Shown here: positions 19,787-28,728 of the stretch, one piece after another
Layout: each line of letters begins with the position of its first letter
Numbering within the stretch: the first letter of the stretch is position 1
Position numbers and translations under genes: made by a program
From: Candidatus Latescibacterota bacterium
GTDB lineage: Bacteria; Latescibacterota; UBA2968; UBA8231
DNA: 64,000 nucleotides
Direction of reading: 5' to 3'
Assembly (NCBI GenBank): GCA_965242865.1
Contig: CBDETK010000013.1
Span: forward strand, 1,664,001 to 1,728,000
The notes under the pieces: model-generated
What the model was told of the DNA's origin: nothing
Database searches by the model: none
The model's input: only the letters and a program-made list of their open reading frames with translations

Positions 19787-20859
19787 GCGCTGCGCCCGAC
19801 GCCATCGCGGCCGCTCGCCACGCCCTTGACGCCCATGTCCGCGCCCTTGTCGAGTGGCACTTCAGCCCCGAGACCGGCTGTCCGTTTTGGCTTTCCCACG
19901 CCCAGCGGCTCGGCTTTGACCCACGCGAGCAAATTCGCTCCTACGCCGACTTGGCCCGGCTCGGCCACTTTGAGGACGAGTGGCTGCGCGGCGGCCCGGT
20001 GCGCCAGTGGGTGCCCAAAGCCTACGCGGACGAGCCGATCTACGTGTTTGAGACCGGCGGCTCAACCGGCCTGCCCAAATACCGCGTCAACATCCGCGAC
20101 TTCCAAACCGACTACGCGCTCTACAGCGAGAGCCTGTCTGAGGAGGGTTTCCCCAAGGGGGCCGACTGGCTGATGCTGGGGCCTTCGGGACCGCGCCGCC
20201 TGCGTCTGGCCATTGAATACTTGGCCCAGCACCGCGGCGGCTTGTGCTTCATGGTCGATCTCGACCCGCGCTGGGTCAACGAACTCATTCGCGCTGGCGA
20301 GATGCGTGCGCTGGAAGTCTATAAGGCTCATGTCGTCGATCAGGCGCTCAAAATCCTCAAGGCCCACGACAACGTGCAGTGCGTGTTCACCACCCCCCGG
20401 CTCCTCGAAGCCCTCTGCGAAAAAGTCTCCCTGCCCAAGCTGGGCATTAAGGGCGTCTTCTGCGGCGGCACGGAAATGAACGCCCAGTTCCATCGCTTCG
20501 CCCGCGAGGAGCTGGTGCCCGGCCTCGCCTTTGTGCCCACCTACGGCAACACCCTGATGGGCTTGGCCTGCCCCAAGCCCTTTGACCCGGCCGACGAGTA
20601 CGCCATCACGTATTACCCGCCGCAGCCCCGCGCCGTCATCGAGTTGGTCGATCCCCACGATCCCGCACGCAAGGTCGGCTACGGCGAGACCGGCCAAGTC
20701 ATGCTCACCACCCTGACCAAGGAGTTTTTCATGCCTCGCTTTCTCGAGCGCGACGAAGCCGAACGCGCCGCGCCCATCGCCGCGTATCCTTGGGACGGGG
20801 TCAAAGACCTGCGGCTGCTGACGGAGTTGCAGGAGGCCGTGGTGGTGGGAGTGTATTGA
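19783..20859 (+). CDS. EhpF/LuxE-like adenylate-forming enzyme (stand-alone ANL N-terminal domain)
   Basis: WHFSPETGCPFWL..LGFDPR, ETGGSTGLPK P-loop, PTYGNTL, ERD; recalled as resembling the phenazine-modifying enzyme EhpF. Confidence 0.72.
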   Translation: MSAAPDAIAAARHALDAHVRALVEWHFSPETGCPFWLSHAQRLGFDPREQIRSYADLARLGHFEDEWLRGGPVRQWVPKAYADEPIYVFETGGSTGLPKYRVNIRDFQTDYALYSESLSEEGFPKGADWLMLGPSGPRRLRLAIEYLAQHRGGLCFMVDLDPRWVNELIRAGEMRALEVYKAHVVDQALKILKAHDNVQCVFTTPRLLEALCEKVSLPKLGIKGVFCGGTEMNAQFHRFAREELVPGLAFVPTYGNTLMGLACPKPFDPADEYAITYYPPQPRAVIELVDPHDPARKVGYGETGQVMLTTLTKEFFMPRFLERDEAERAAPIAAYPWDGVKDLRLLTELQEAVVVGVY

Positions 20860-20874
20860 AAGGAGTAAGTAAAG

Positions 20875-21150
20875 ATGGCCAGAGTTCAGTTAGTGATCCC
20901 CGACGAAGACCGCGACCGCTTCGTCCATCAGGCGCAGCGCGAAGGTATGACCTTGAGCGCGTGGCTCAGGGCCGCCGCCCGCCGACGGCTCGAAGAACAG
21001 CAGCAGTCCCACCCCTTCAAATCGCCAGCCGACCTTGAGAAATTCTTCAGTGCCTGCGACGCATTGGAAGGCCCTAGGCGAGAACCGGATTGGCAAGAAC
21101 ACTTGGCCGTCATCGACGAATCGCGAAAACGGAACGCATTCAAGACGTGA
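20875..21150 (+). CDS. Ribbon-helix-helix antitoxin (VapB-like)
   Basis: MARVQLVIPDE...AQREGMTLSAWLRAAA; GTGA overlap with the PIN gene. Confidence 0.75.
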   Translation: MARVQLVIPDEDRDRFVHQAQREGMTLSAWLRAAARRRLEEQQQSHPFKSPADLEKFFSACDALEGPRREPDWQEHLAVIDESRKRNAFKT

Positions 21151-21539
21151 TCTTTGTCGATACCAACATCTTCATGTACGCAGTGGGCCGACCGCATCCC
21201 CTCCGCGATCCAGCGCGGGAATTCTTCGCCGAATGCATCCGATCCCACACTTCTCTGTGTACATCGGCAGAGGTGCTGCAGGAGCTGGCCCATGCCTACC
21301 TGCCGGTTGCACGGGCGCAGACGCTCGATGCCGCCCTAGCACTGATAGCCAAGTCCCGCGTGGAGGTGTGGCCGCTAGAACAGGAGGATGTCACCCTAGC
21401 GCGGCAACTCCACGAACAGTATCCCACTGTAGGTGCCAGAGACCTATGCCACCTAGCTAGCTGCCGCCGACGCGGCGTGAACGAGATCCGGACCTTTGAT
21501 CAGGCCCTCAGAACCGTCGTCGGTTGGGCTGTAGGGTGA
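21147..21539 (+). CDS. vapC: PIN-domain toxin (VapC family)
   Basis: IFVDTNIFMYAVG, EVLQE, ARDLCHLA, TFD acidic tetrad. Confidence 0.9.
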   Translation: MIFVDTNIFMYAVGRPHPLRDPAREFFAECIRSHTSLCTSAEVLQELAHAYLPVARAQTLDAALALIAKSRVEVWPLEQEDVTLARQLHEQYPTVGARDLCHLASCRRRGVNEIRTFDQALRTVVGWAVG

Positions 21540-22936
21540 TGCACCTACCCCTCCTCCGCGCCGGCCAGCCCTACGCCAGCCTCGACCGCTTGGCCGTCGT
21601 CCACATCGCCACCGGCCAGCCTGTGGCGCAAGTCAGCCAAGCCAACCGCGGCCTAATCGTTCGCGACTTGGCCGCGCAAGAGCGCAATCGCCAAGCACTG
21701 CAAGCTCTCCCCGTCGCCGACTTGGTCGCCATCAGCCAACGCGCCGCCGACCTCTTCTCGCACGCCGAACTGCCTTTGGGCGACGACGGCCAAACCCCGG
21801 ACGACTACGTCGCGCAAGTCTCGGCCACGACCGGCCTGCCCCAGTCGCTGGCCCGCGCCAACATGGACAAAATCCACCGCGTCGGCGTTGAAATGCCCGC
21901 CGTGCTCAGCGGCCTAACCCGGGGCTTGGACCCGACCGTCCTCGACGACGGCCCCAGTGCGCTCCACTTCGTGCCCCATGCCCACGCCCTCGGCTGCATC
22001 CTACCGAGCAATTCGCCCGGCGTCCACGCGCTGTGGCTGCCGGCCATCGCGCTCAAGACCCCGCTGGTGCTCAAGCCGGGCCGCGAAGAGCCGTGGACGC
22101 CCTATCGCATCGCCCAAGCCCTGATCGCGGCGGGCTGTCCACCCCACGCCCTGAGCTACTACCCGACCGACCACGGCGGCAGCACCGAAATCCTACTCGG
22201 CTGCGGGCGGGTGCTGCTGTTTGGGGGCGGTTCCACTGTGGCCCCTTGGCGCGCCGACGCCCGCGTCCAACTGCACGGCCCAGGGCGCAGCAAAATTCTC
22301 ATCGGCGCGGACAAAATTGACCAGTGGGAGCACTACCTCGACCTCATGGTCGCCTCCATCGCCGCCAATGGGGGCCGCTCTTGCCTCAACGCCTCGGGCG
22401 TCTGGGTGCCCACGCACGGCCGCGAAATAGCCGCCGCCCTCGGCGAGCGTCTGAGCCAAATCGAGGCCCGTCCCCTCGACGACCCCCAAGCCCAAGTAGC
22501 CGCCTTCCCCAATCCCGCCGGCGCGCACCAACTCTCGGCCTCGATCGACGCCCAACTCGGCGACGCAGCCCAAGACACGGCCCGAGGCCGAAGCGAACGC
22601 ATCGCCGAGACCGGCGGCTGCACCTTCCTCAACCCGACTTTGCTCCACGTCCCCGACTGGCAACATCCGCTCGCCAACACCGAATACCTCTTTCCCTTTG
22701 CCGCGGTCGTCGAAGTTCCACCAAAAGAAATGGTCGCCCGCATCGGCCCGACGCTGGTAGCGACCGCGCTGACCGAGGACGAGGGCCTAACGCGCCAACT
22801 GCTCGCGGCTCCTCACATCGAGCGCCTCAACCTCGGTCCGATTCCCACCCACCAAATCGCTTGGGACCAGCCGCACGAGGGCAACCTCTTCGATTTCCTG
22901 TACCAACAACGCGCCTTGCAGTGCCGCACCGGATGA
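21539..22936 (+). CDS. Aldehyde dehydrogenase-fold protein (LuxC/EhpG-like acyl reductase)
   Basis: LPSNSPGVH, LKPG, HGPGRSK, catalytic Cys in GGRSCLNAS, EYLFPF, PHEGNL. Confidence 0.8.
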   Translation: MHLPLLRAGQPYASLDRLAVVHIATGQPVAQVSQANRGLIVRDLAAQERNRQALQALPVADLVAISQRAADLFSHAELPLGDDGQTPDDYVAQVSATTGLPQSLARANMDKIHRVGVEMPAVLSGLTRGLDPTVLDDGPSALHFVPHAHALGCILPSNSPGVHALWLPAIALKTPLVLKPGREEPWTPYRIAQALIAAGCPPHALSYYPTDHGGSTEILLGCGRVLLFGGGSTVAPWRADARVQLHGPGRSKILIGADKIDQWEHYLDLMVASIAANGGRSCLNASGVWVPTHGREIAAALGERLSQIEARPLDDPQAQVAAFPNPAGAHQLSASIDAQLGDAAQDTARGRSERIAETGGCTFLNPTLLHVPDWQHPLANTEYLFPFAAVVEVPPKEMVARIGPTLVATALTEDEGLTRQLLAAPHIERLNLGPIPTHQIAWDQPHEGNLFDFLYQQRALQCRTG

Positions 22937-24060
22937 CCCCCTTCGACTTTGATCCGTCCATCCGCGTCGTCTTTGGGGCCGGAACCTTGGGGCAGCTAGG
23001 CGACCTCGCCCGCGCGTTGGCTGGCCCCCGCGCCCTGCTCGTAACCGACCCCGGTCTCGTGCAAGCCGGCCTCGCCGAACAGGCCGAGCACGCCCTACAA
23101 AACGCCGGCCTAACGACGATCCTCTTCGCCTCAGCAGGGGAAAACCCCACGACCGAACACGTGGGCGCAGGCGTCCACCACGCCCGCGCCCACGGCCCCA
23201 TCGATCTGATCGTCGCTTTGGGCGGCGGCAGCGCGCTGGATTGCGCTAAAGGCATCAACTTCCTGCTGACCAACGGCGGCCAAATGCAGGATTATCGAGG
23301 CTACGGCAAAGCCACCCAGCCCATGCTGCCCTCCATCGGCATCCCGACCACGGCCGGCACGGGGAGTGAAGCCCAATCCTACGCCCTGATTGCCTGCGCC
23401 GACACTCGCGCCAAGATGGCCTGCGGCGACCGCCAAGCGCGCTTTTGCATCGCCCTCCTCGACCCGAATCTGCTGGCCAGTACGCCCCAGTCCGTGCGCG
23501 CCGACGCCGGTATGGACGCCCTCGCCCACGCCGTCGAAAGCTACGTCTCCACCCGCAGGACGCCGCTGTCGCACATGTTCGCCAGCCAAGCCTGGGAGCT
23601 GCTCGCGCTCCACTACGAGGCGACCGTCGCCGACCCCCAAAACGCCGCCGACGCCATGCTCTTGGGGGCCCACTTGGCCGGCGCGGCCATTGAAAACTCC
23701 ATGCTCGGTGCCGCCCACGCCACCGCCAACCCCCTCACCGCCCGCTACCCCCTCTCGCACGGCCGCGCCGTGGCCCTGATGCTGCCGCACGTAATTCGGT
23801 TGAACGCCCCGGCAGTGGACGATCTATACGGCCAGCTTTGCGCCAAAATCCAACTCAAGGGCCGCGGGCTCGCGCTCGCCGCGCATCTCGAAGCGTTGGG
23901 TGCTAGGGTGGGGCTGCCGCGTCGGCTCGCCGATTGTCCGGTCGCCGCCAGCGATCTACCCGCCATGGCCCGAGAAGCCGCTGGCCAATGGACCGGCACC
24001 TTTAACCCACTTCCCCTGCAAGAGGCGGATTTCCTGCGGCTTTACGAGGCGGCGTTTTGA
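22933..24060 (+). CDS. Iron-containing alcohol dehydrogenase
   Basis: VTDPG, GGGSALDCAK, PTTAGTGSE, DALAHAVES, GAAH...SHG. Confidence 0.92.
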   Translation: MTPFDFDPSIRVVFGAGTLGQLGDLARALAGPRALLVTDPGLVQAGLAEQAEHALQNAGLTTILFASAGENPTTEHVGAGVHHARAHGPIDLIVALGGGSALDCAKGINFLLTNGGQMQDYRGYGKATQPMLPSIGIPTTAGTGSEAQSYALIACADTRAKMACGDRQARFCIALLDPNLLASTPQSVRADAGMDALAHAVESYVSTRRTPLSHMFASQAWELLALHYEATVADPQNAADAMLLGAHLAGAAIENSMLGAAHATANPLTARYPLSHGRAVALMLPHVIRLNAPAVDDLYGQLCAKIQLKGRGLALAAHLEALGARVGLPRRLADCPVAASDLPAMAREAAGQWTGTFNPLPLQEADFLRLYEAAF

Positions 24061-24105
24061 TGGAGGGACTTCCAACTGAGACTAATTTGAGGATTTTTTA
24101 GAACC

Positions 24106-24124
24106 GCCTACCGATTCGGTAGGC
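24106..24124. repeat. Perfect 8-bp-stem hairpin at a cassette boundary
   Basis: GCCTACCG-ATT-CGGTAGGC. Confidence 0.6.
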
Positions 24125-24154
24125 TTAGGCTGGTCAAGGTTTTTAATATGTAGC

Positions 24155-24183
24155 TTGACTTGAATCCAGAAATCTAATAAAAT
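24155..24183 (+). promoter_or_regulatory. Sigma70-type promoter of the DUF3800 cassette
   Basis: TTGACT (24155-60), 17 nt, TAAAAT (24178-83). Confidence 0.6.
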
Positions 24184-24270
24184 ATGCTTGACAGTCGAGA
24201 GGTCTGACCACCTTGGACCGTGGAAGCTTGGTCTTCCCTTGACTGTCTTTTTTTGTTTAGAGGAAAAATC

Positions 24271-24963
24271 GTGCATTTATTGTACGCTGACGAGTCTGGT
24301 TCACCAAAGGACCCCAACCAAAACTATTTGGCCCTAGCAGGGGTCTCTATCTTTGAAAGGCAAAGTTACTGGATTTCCAATAAGCTTGATGAAATAGCTG
24401 CCAGATTTGATCCAGCCAATCCAGACGAAGTTGAACTTCACGGTAGCCCAATGATCAATGGTAAGGGTATATGGAGGCGTTATCCAAAAGATAAAAGATT
24501 CAAGGCCGTTGAAGATATTTTACAGGTGCTTGCTGATTCACACATCTCTAATCGGATATTTGCCATTGCAATCAAGAAATCCTCTATATCACCTAAAAAT
24601 CCTGTCGAAACAGCCTTTGAACAATTATCTAGTCGTTTCGATTTGTACCTAATGAGACTTTACAAGAACAAAGATACCCAGAGAGGAATTATTATTTTTG
24701 ACAAATCAACTTATGAATCGTCGTTACAGGCATTGGCCACTAATTTCAGAACGATTGGTCATAGTTGGGGGGTGCTAAGAAACCTCGCTGAGGTTCCTTT
24801 ATTTTTGGATTCAAGGGCATCTAGACTAATACAGTTAGCAGACATAATCGCGTATGTTATTTTTCGCTACTATGAAAGGTCTGACAATCGGTTTTTCCCC
24901 ATCATAAAGAGTCGGTTTGATGCGGAAGGAGGCAATGTACACGGCCTACATGTAATTCAGTAA
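24271..24963 (+). CDS. DUF3800 family protein (RNase H-like acidic motifs)
   Basis: LLYADESG, ELHG, IIFD, S...IQLADIIAY; markedly AT-rich. Confidence 0.85.
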   Translation: MHLLYADESGSPKDPNQNYLALAGVSIFERQSYWISNKLDEIAARFDPANPDEVELHGSPMINGKGIWRRYPKDKRFKAVEDILQVLADSHISNRIFAIAIKKSSISPKNPVETAFEQLSSRFDLYLMRLYKNKDTQRGIIIFDKSTYESSLQALATNFRTIGHSWGVLRNLAEVPLFLDSRASRLIQLADIIAYVIFRYYERSDNRFFPIIKSRFDAEGGNVHGLHVIQ

Positions 24964-25011
24964 TTGCTTTGTCCTCTAAAGACGATGATTTCTAATTTAC
25001 TTTCCCCTAAT

Positions 25012-26100
25012 ATGCCACTCTACTTCCTAGCCCTTCTCCTATTCACCACGGCCGCGGCCGACACTTGGAACACCTTTCGCGGCAATCCCCAACTCACTGG
25101 CGTCGCCGCCTCCAACCTCGTCCCACCGCTAACGCTGCTTTGGGCCTACTCCACCCAAGACGCGATTGAATCCACCGCTGCCATTTGCGAGGGCCGGGTG
25201 TACGTCGGCTCGCTCGATGGCCAGCTCTATGCACTCGATTTGCACACCGGCGCGCTAGTATGGCAGTACCAAGCCGACGGCGAGATCAAGTCCTCCCCGA
25301 CCGTGGCCGACAGCACCGTGTACTTCGGCGACGAAGCCGGCACCTTCCACGCGGTCGCCACCCAGAGCGGTCGCCGCCGCTGGACTTTCGCCGCCGCCGC
25401 GGGCATCACCTCCTCGGCCAATTACGCCGACGGCCGGCTCTACTTTGGCAGCTATGACCAGCACCTGTACTGCCTCGATGCCGCGGCCGGGACCTTGATT
25501 TGGAAAACCGCCACTGAGGGATATATTCACAGTACGCCGGTGCTGTACGAAAATCGCGTGGCCGTGGCCGGTTGCGATGGATACTTGCGGCTTTTGGACC
25601 GCGCCGACGGTTCGCAGCACCAGCAGCTCGCGCTGGGCGGGTACGCGGCCTCCAGCGTCGCTGTTCACGCGGGCCGTGCGTACCTAGGCACCTTTGGCAA
25701 CGAAGTGCTAGGCGTTGATTTGGGCGCGGGAAAAATCGGCTGGCGCTACGCTCATGCGGTGCGGAAATTTCCGTTTTACTCGTCGCCGGCCGTTGCCGAC
25801 CACGCCCTCGTCATTGGCGGCCGGGACAAGCTCGTCCACGCCCTCGACCCGCAAACCGGCCAACCCTTGTGGACCGGTGCCGCGGGAGCGCGGGTGGATT
25901 CATCGCCGGTCATTGCCGGCGAATACGTGTACGTAGGAGCCAATGCGCTCGTCGCGCTCGCACTCGCATCGGGCGCAGAGGTCTGGCGCTTTGAAACGGG
26001 CGCGGCCCTCGCGGCGTCGCCAGCTATCGCCGCCGGTCGGCTCGTCATTGGGGCCGCCGATGGGGTGCTGTATTGTTTCGGGAGCGCGAGCACCCAGTGA
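25012..26100 (+). CDS. Secreted PQQ-like/BamB-like beta-propeller protein
   Basis: WNTFRGNPQLTG and eight regular blades (SSP....VY.G..DG.LYALD..TG..W). Confidence 0.88.
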   Translation: MPLYFLALLLFTTAAADTWNTFRGNPQLTGVAASNLVPPLTLLWAYSTQDAIESTAAICEGRVYVGSLDGQLYALDLHTGALVWQYQADGEIKSSPTVADSTVYFGDEAGTFHAVATQSGRRRWTFAAAAGITSSANYADGRLYFGSYDQHLYCLDAAAGTLIWKTATEGYIHSTPVLYENRVAVAGCDGYLRLLDRADGSQHQQLALGGYAASSVAVHAGRAYLGTFGNEVLGVDLGAGKIGWRYAHAVRKFPFYSSPAVADHALVIGGRDKLVHALDPQTGQPLWTGAAGARVDSSPVIAGEYVYVGANALVALALASGAEVWRFETGAALAASPAIAAGRLVIGAADGVLYCFGSASTQ

Positions 26101-27332
26101 CCCCCGGCAGAATCCGCTACGTCCTGTCCTATGTCGGCGGCAATGCGTTGTTGTTCGCCTTGACTTGGGTGTTCATCGCCGGGATCGGCGAAGTCTGGTT
26201 GCGACTGCAGTGGCCTTTCGCGCATAAGAGTCGGCCCTGGCACTTTGTCCCGAAGATGGGCCGTATGCTCAAACCCAACGCGGAAGTGCATGAGACGAAC
26301 CACTTTGACTTCTGGACCGTCTCGCGCACCAACAGCTGGGGTTTTCTCGACCGCGAACCCATCGCTCCCGAACGCGCCGCGTCAAGCTGCCATATCGCCC
26401 TGATCGGCGATTCCTTCGTCGCTGCCCGCCAAGTGCCCATTGCCGATAAATCGCACATTCGGCTCGAAGCACTCGCTGCCCGGGTGCTGCCCGAACTAGA
26501 CGTTACTACCTCGGCATTTGGGATCGGCAACACCGGCCAGCTCAACCAACTGCCGTTGTACGACGAATTTGCCCAGCGGTTGCGTCCCAAACTGCTGGTG
26601 CTCGTCTTTGTGTCAAACGACTTCGCAGACAACTCCTCGGTCTTGAAGAGCCTGCTATATGAATGGGACCCAGACCGGATACCGTGGGTGTCCGCTCAAC
26701 GAGACGCAGATGGCCGTATGAGGCTGCTGCCGCCTGATCCCAACTGGCGGGTGCAGCGGCCCCCGGCCAAGAGGACCCCCCAATACCTCACGAGGCGCAC
26801 GCTGCAGCTTGCGTCTCGGCGATCTTGGTTCGCGACTTGGTTGAATGCCACGCTCATCAGGCTCGGGGTGTTGTACTCGCTCGACGCGGCGGAAGAGTTG
26901 CGCCGGCGTCCCGGCTATGAAGCGTTGCTGGGCGGCTGGCAACCCAAGACAGGGCAGCGCATAGATTTGATGTTCAATGAAAAGGACCTGCCGCCATTTT
27001 TTGAGGCGGCCTTGGCCTTCACCGCCTTCGGCTTGGATCAATTCAAGGAACGCGCCGACCGCGATGGGGTGTCGTTAGTGATCTTGTCCACCCACACGAT
27101 GGGAAGCCGAGGCGACCCGGCCTTTGACCGCCTGACCGCCTTGGCCACCGCGCAGGGCATTCCCGTCATTGACCAGACCGACTATATCCGCCGCCAAGGT
27201 GCCAAGCGCAAGGATGCACATTGGCGGCTCGACCCTCATTGGAACGCGGCTGGCCACCAGTGGGCAGCCGAAGCCGTGCTCGAATACCTCAAGCGGAACC
27301 CAGCGGTCTGCCGGGCGTCCGCATCGCGCTGA
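26097..27332 (+). CDS. Membrane-anchored SGNH/GDSL hydrolase-like protein
   Basis: N-terminal TM helix, NSWGFLD, IGDSFV, SND, DPHWNAAGH. Confidence 0.8.
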   Translation: MTPGRIRYVLSYVGGNALLFALTWVFIAGIGEVWLRLQWPFAHKSRPWHFVPKMGRMLKPNAEVHETNHFDFWTVSRTNSWGFLDREPIAPERAASSCHIALIGDSFVAARQVPIADKSHIRLEALAARVLPELDVTTSAFGIGNTGQLNQLPLYDEFAQRLRPKLLVLVFVSNDFADNSSVLKSLLYEWDPDRIPWVSAQRDADGRMRLLPPDPNWRVQRPPAKRTPQYLTRRTLQLASRRSWFATWLNATLIRLGVLYSLDAAEELRRRPGYEALLGGWQPKTGQRIDLMFNEKDLPPFFEAALAFTAFGLDQFKERADRDGVSLVILSTHTMGSRGDPAFDRLTALATAQGIPVIDQTDYIRRQGAKRKDAHWRLDPHWNAAGHQWAAEAVLEYLKRNPAVCRASASR

Positions 27333-27386
27333 TTGCAACCTGAACGGCCTCTTTCCCATACCCTAGATTATCGCTAAACTTTTTCT

Positions 27387-28718
27387 ATGAATAAGAACGA
27401 CCCGGCCACCACGCGCGCCGACCGCACCGAAACCGAGGTCGGCAGTGTTTTTGTTTCCAACTATCCGGCCTATTCGTTTTGGGGCGAAGCGGACATCCCA
27501 CAGGCGCACCGCGCCCTCGCCGCCCCACCGCGCCCCAACACTCAGCTCGGCCTCTACCTCCACATTCCCTTCTGCCGCAAGCGCTGCAAGTTTTGCTACT
27601 TCCGCGTTTATACCGACAAAAACAGCGAGCAGATCCAAACCTATCTCGACGCCCTCGCCCGCGAGGTGGAACACTACGCCCAGCAGCCGGCGGTCCAGGA
27701 CCGGCCCCTGCACTTTATCTACTTTGGCGGCGGCACCCCCTCCTATATCAGCTCGCGCCACCTGCGCTCCTTAGTCGAGCGTCTCAAGGACGCCCTGCCT
27801 TGGGACCGCGCCGACGAAATCGCCTTTGAGTGCGAGCCGGGGACGCTGACCCAAGCCAAATTGGCAACTATCCGCAGCATCGGCGTTAGCCGCCTCAGTC
27901 TAGGGATTGAAAACCTCGACGACGAGATTTTGCGCCACAACGGCCGCGCCCACGTCAGCCGGGAAATTTACCAAGTCATGCCCTGGATCCACGCGCTCGA
28001 CTTCGAGCAGGTCAACGTCGATCTGATCGCCGGCATGGTCGGCGAGACCTGGGCGAGCTGGCGGCAGACCGTGCAAAAGACCATCGCGCTCAACCCGGAC
28101 AGCGTCACCGTCTATCAGATGGAGTTGCCCTACAACACGCTCTATTCCAGGGACTTGCTCGCGGGCGACGGCGAGCCGCTGGCCTTGGCCGACTGGAAAA
28201 CCAAGCGCGCCTATCACGCCTATGCGTTTGAGCAATTGGCCGCGGCTGGGTACGGGCGTTCGAGTGCCTACACCATGCAGAGAACGCCCGACGCCCGCTT
28301 CGCGTACCGCGACGCTGTGTGGACCGGCCAAGACCTAATCGGCGCGGGCGTTGCCTCCTTTTCCCATCTGAGCGGAGTTCACTATCAAAACGCGCCGCAC
28401 TGGGACGCGTACCTCGCCGCCATCCACCGCGGCGACCTCCCCATTCACCGCGCCTTTGCCACCGACCGCGAAGAGCAACTGACCCGCGAGGTGATTTTGC
28501 AGCTCAAGTTAGGCGCGCTGGAGCCCGCGTATTTTCGCGCCAAATTCGGGGTCGATATCGTCGCCCACTTTGCCGCGGCACTCAGCAGTCTGCGCGACGA
28601 AGGCATGCTCCAGTTCGATGCGACCTCCATCGCCCTGACCGACGAGGGCCTCATGCGCGTCGATCAGCTGCTGCCCGACTTGTACCAAACCAAATACCGC
28701 AACGCACGCTATACCTGA
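27387..28718 (+). CDS. HemN-like (class C type) radical SAM enzyme
   Basis: LYLHIPFCRKRCKFCY (CxxxCxxC), YFGGGTPS, ECEPG, DLIAG; N-terminus (VSNYPAYSFW) differs from the HemN-proper YTSYP motif. Confidence 0.88.
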   Translation: MNKNDPATTRADRTETEVGSVFVSNYPAYSFWGEADIPQAHRALAAPPRPNTQLGLYLHIPFCRKRCKFCYFRVYTDKNSEQIQTYLDALAREVEHYAQQPAVQDRPLHFIYFGGGTPSYISSRHLRSLVERLKDALPWDRADEIAFECEPGTLTQAKLATIRSIGVSRLSLGIENLDDEILRHNGRAHVSREIYQVMPWIHALDFEQVNVDLIAGMVGETWASWRQTVQKTIALNPDSVTVYQMELPYNTLYSRDLLAGDGEPLALADWKTKRAYHAYAFEQLAAAGYGRSSAYTMQRTPDARFAYRDAVWTGQDLIGAGVASFSHLSGVHYQNAPHWDAYLAAIHRGDLPIHRAFATDREEQLTREVILQLKLGALEPAYFRAKFGVDIVAHFAAALSSLRDEGMLQFDATSIALTDEGLMRVDQLLPDLYQTKYRNARYT

Positions 28719-28728
28719 AGGAGGGACC

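Noticed and set aside
19783-22936. Bioluminescence (lux) or phenazine biosynthesis operon
   Set aside because: No luxA/B/D and no phzA/B, D, E, F, G in the window; only the reductase-type module is present.
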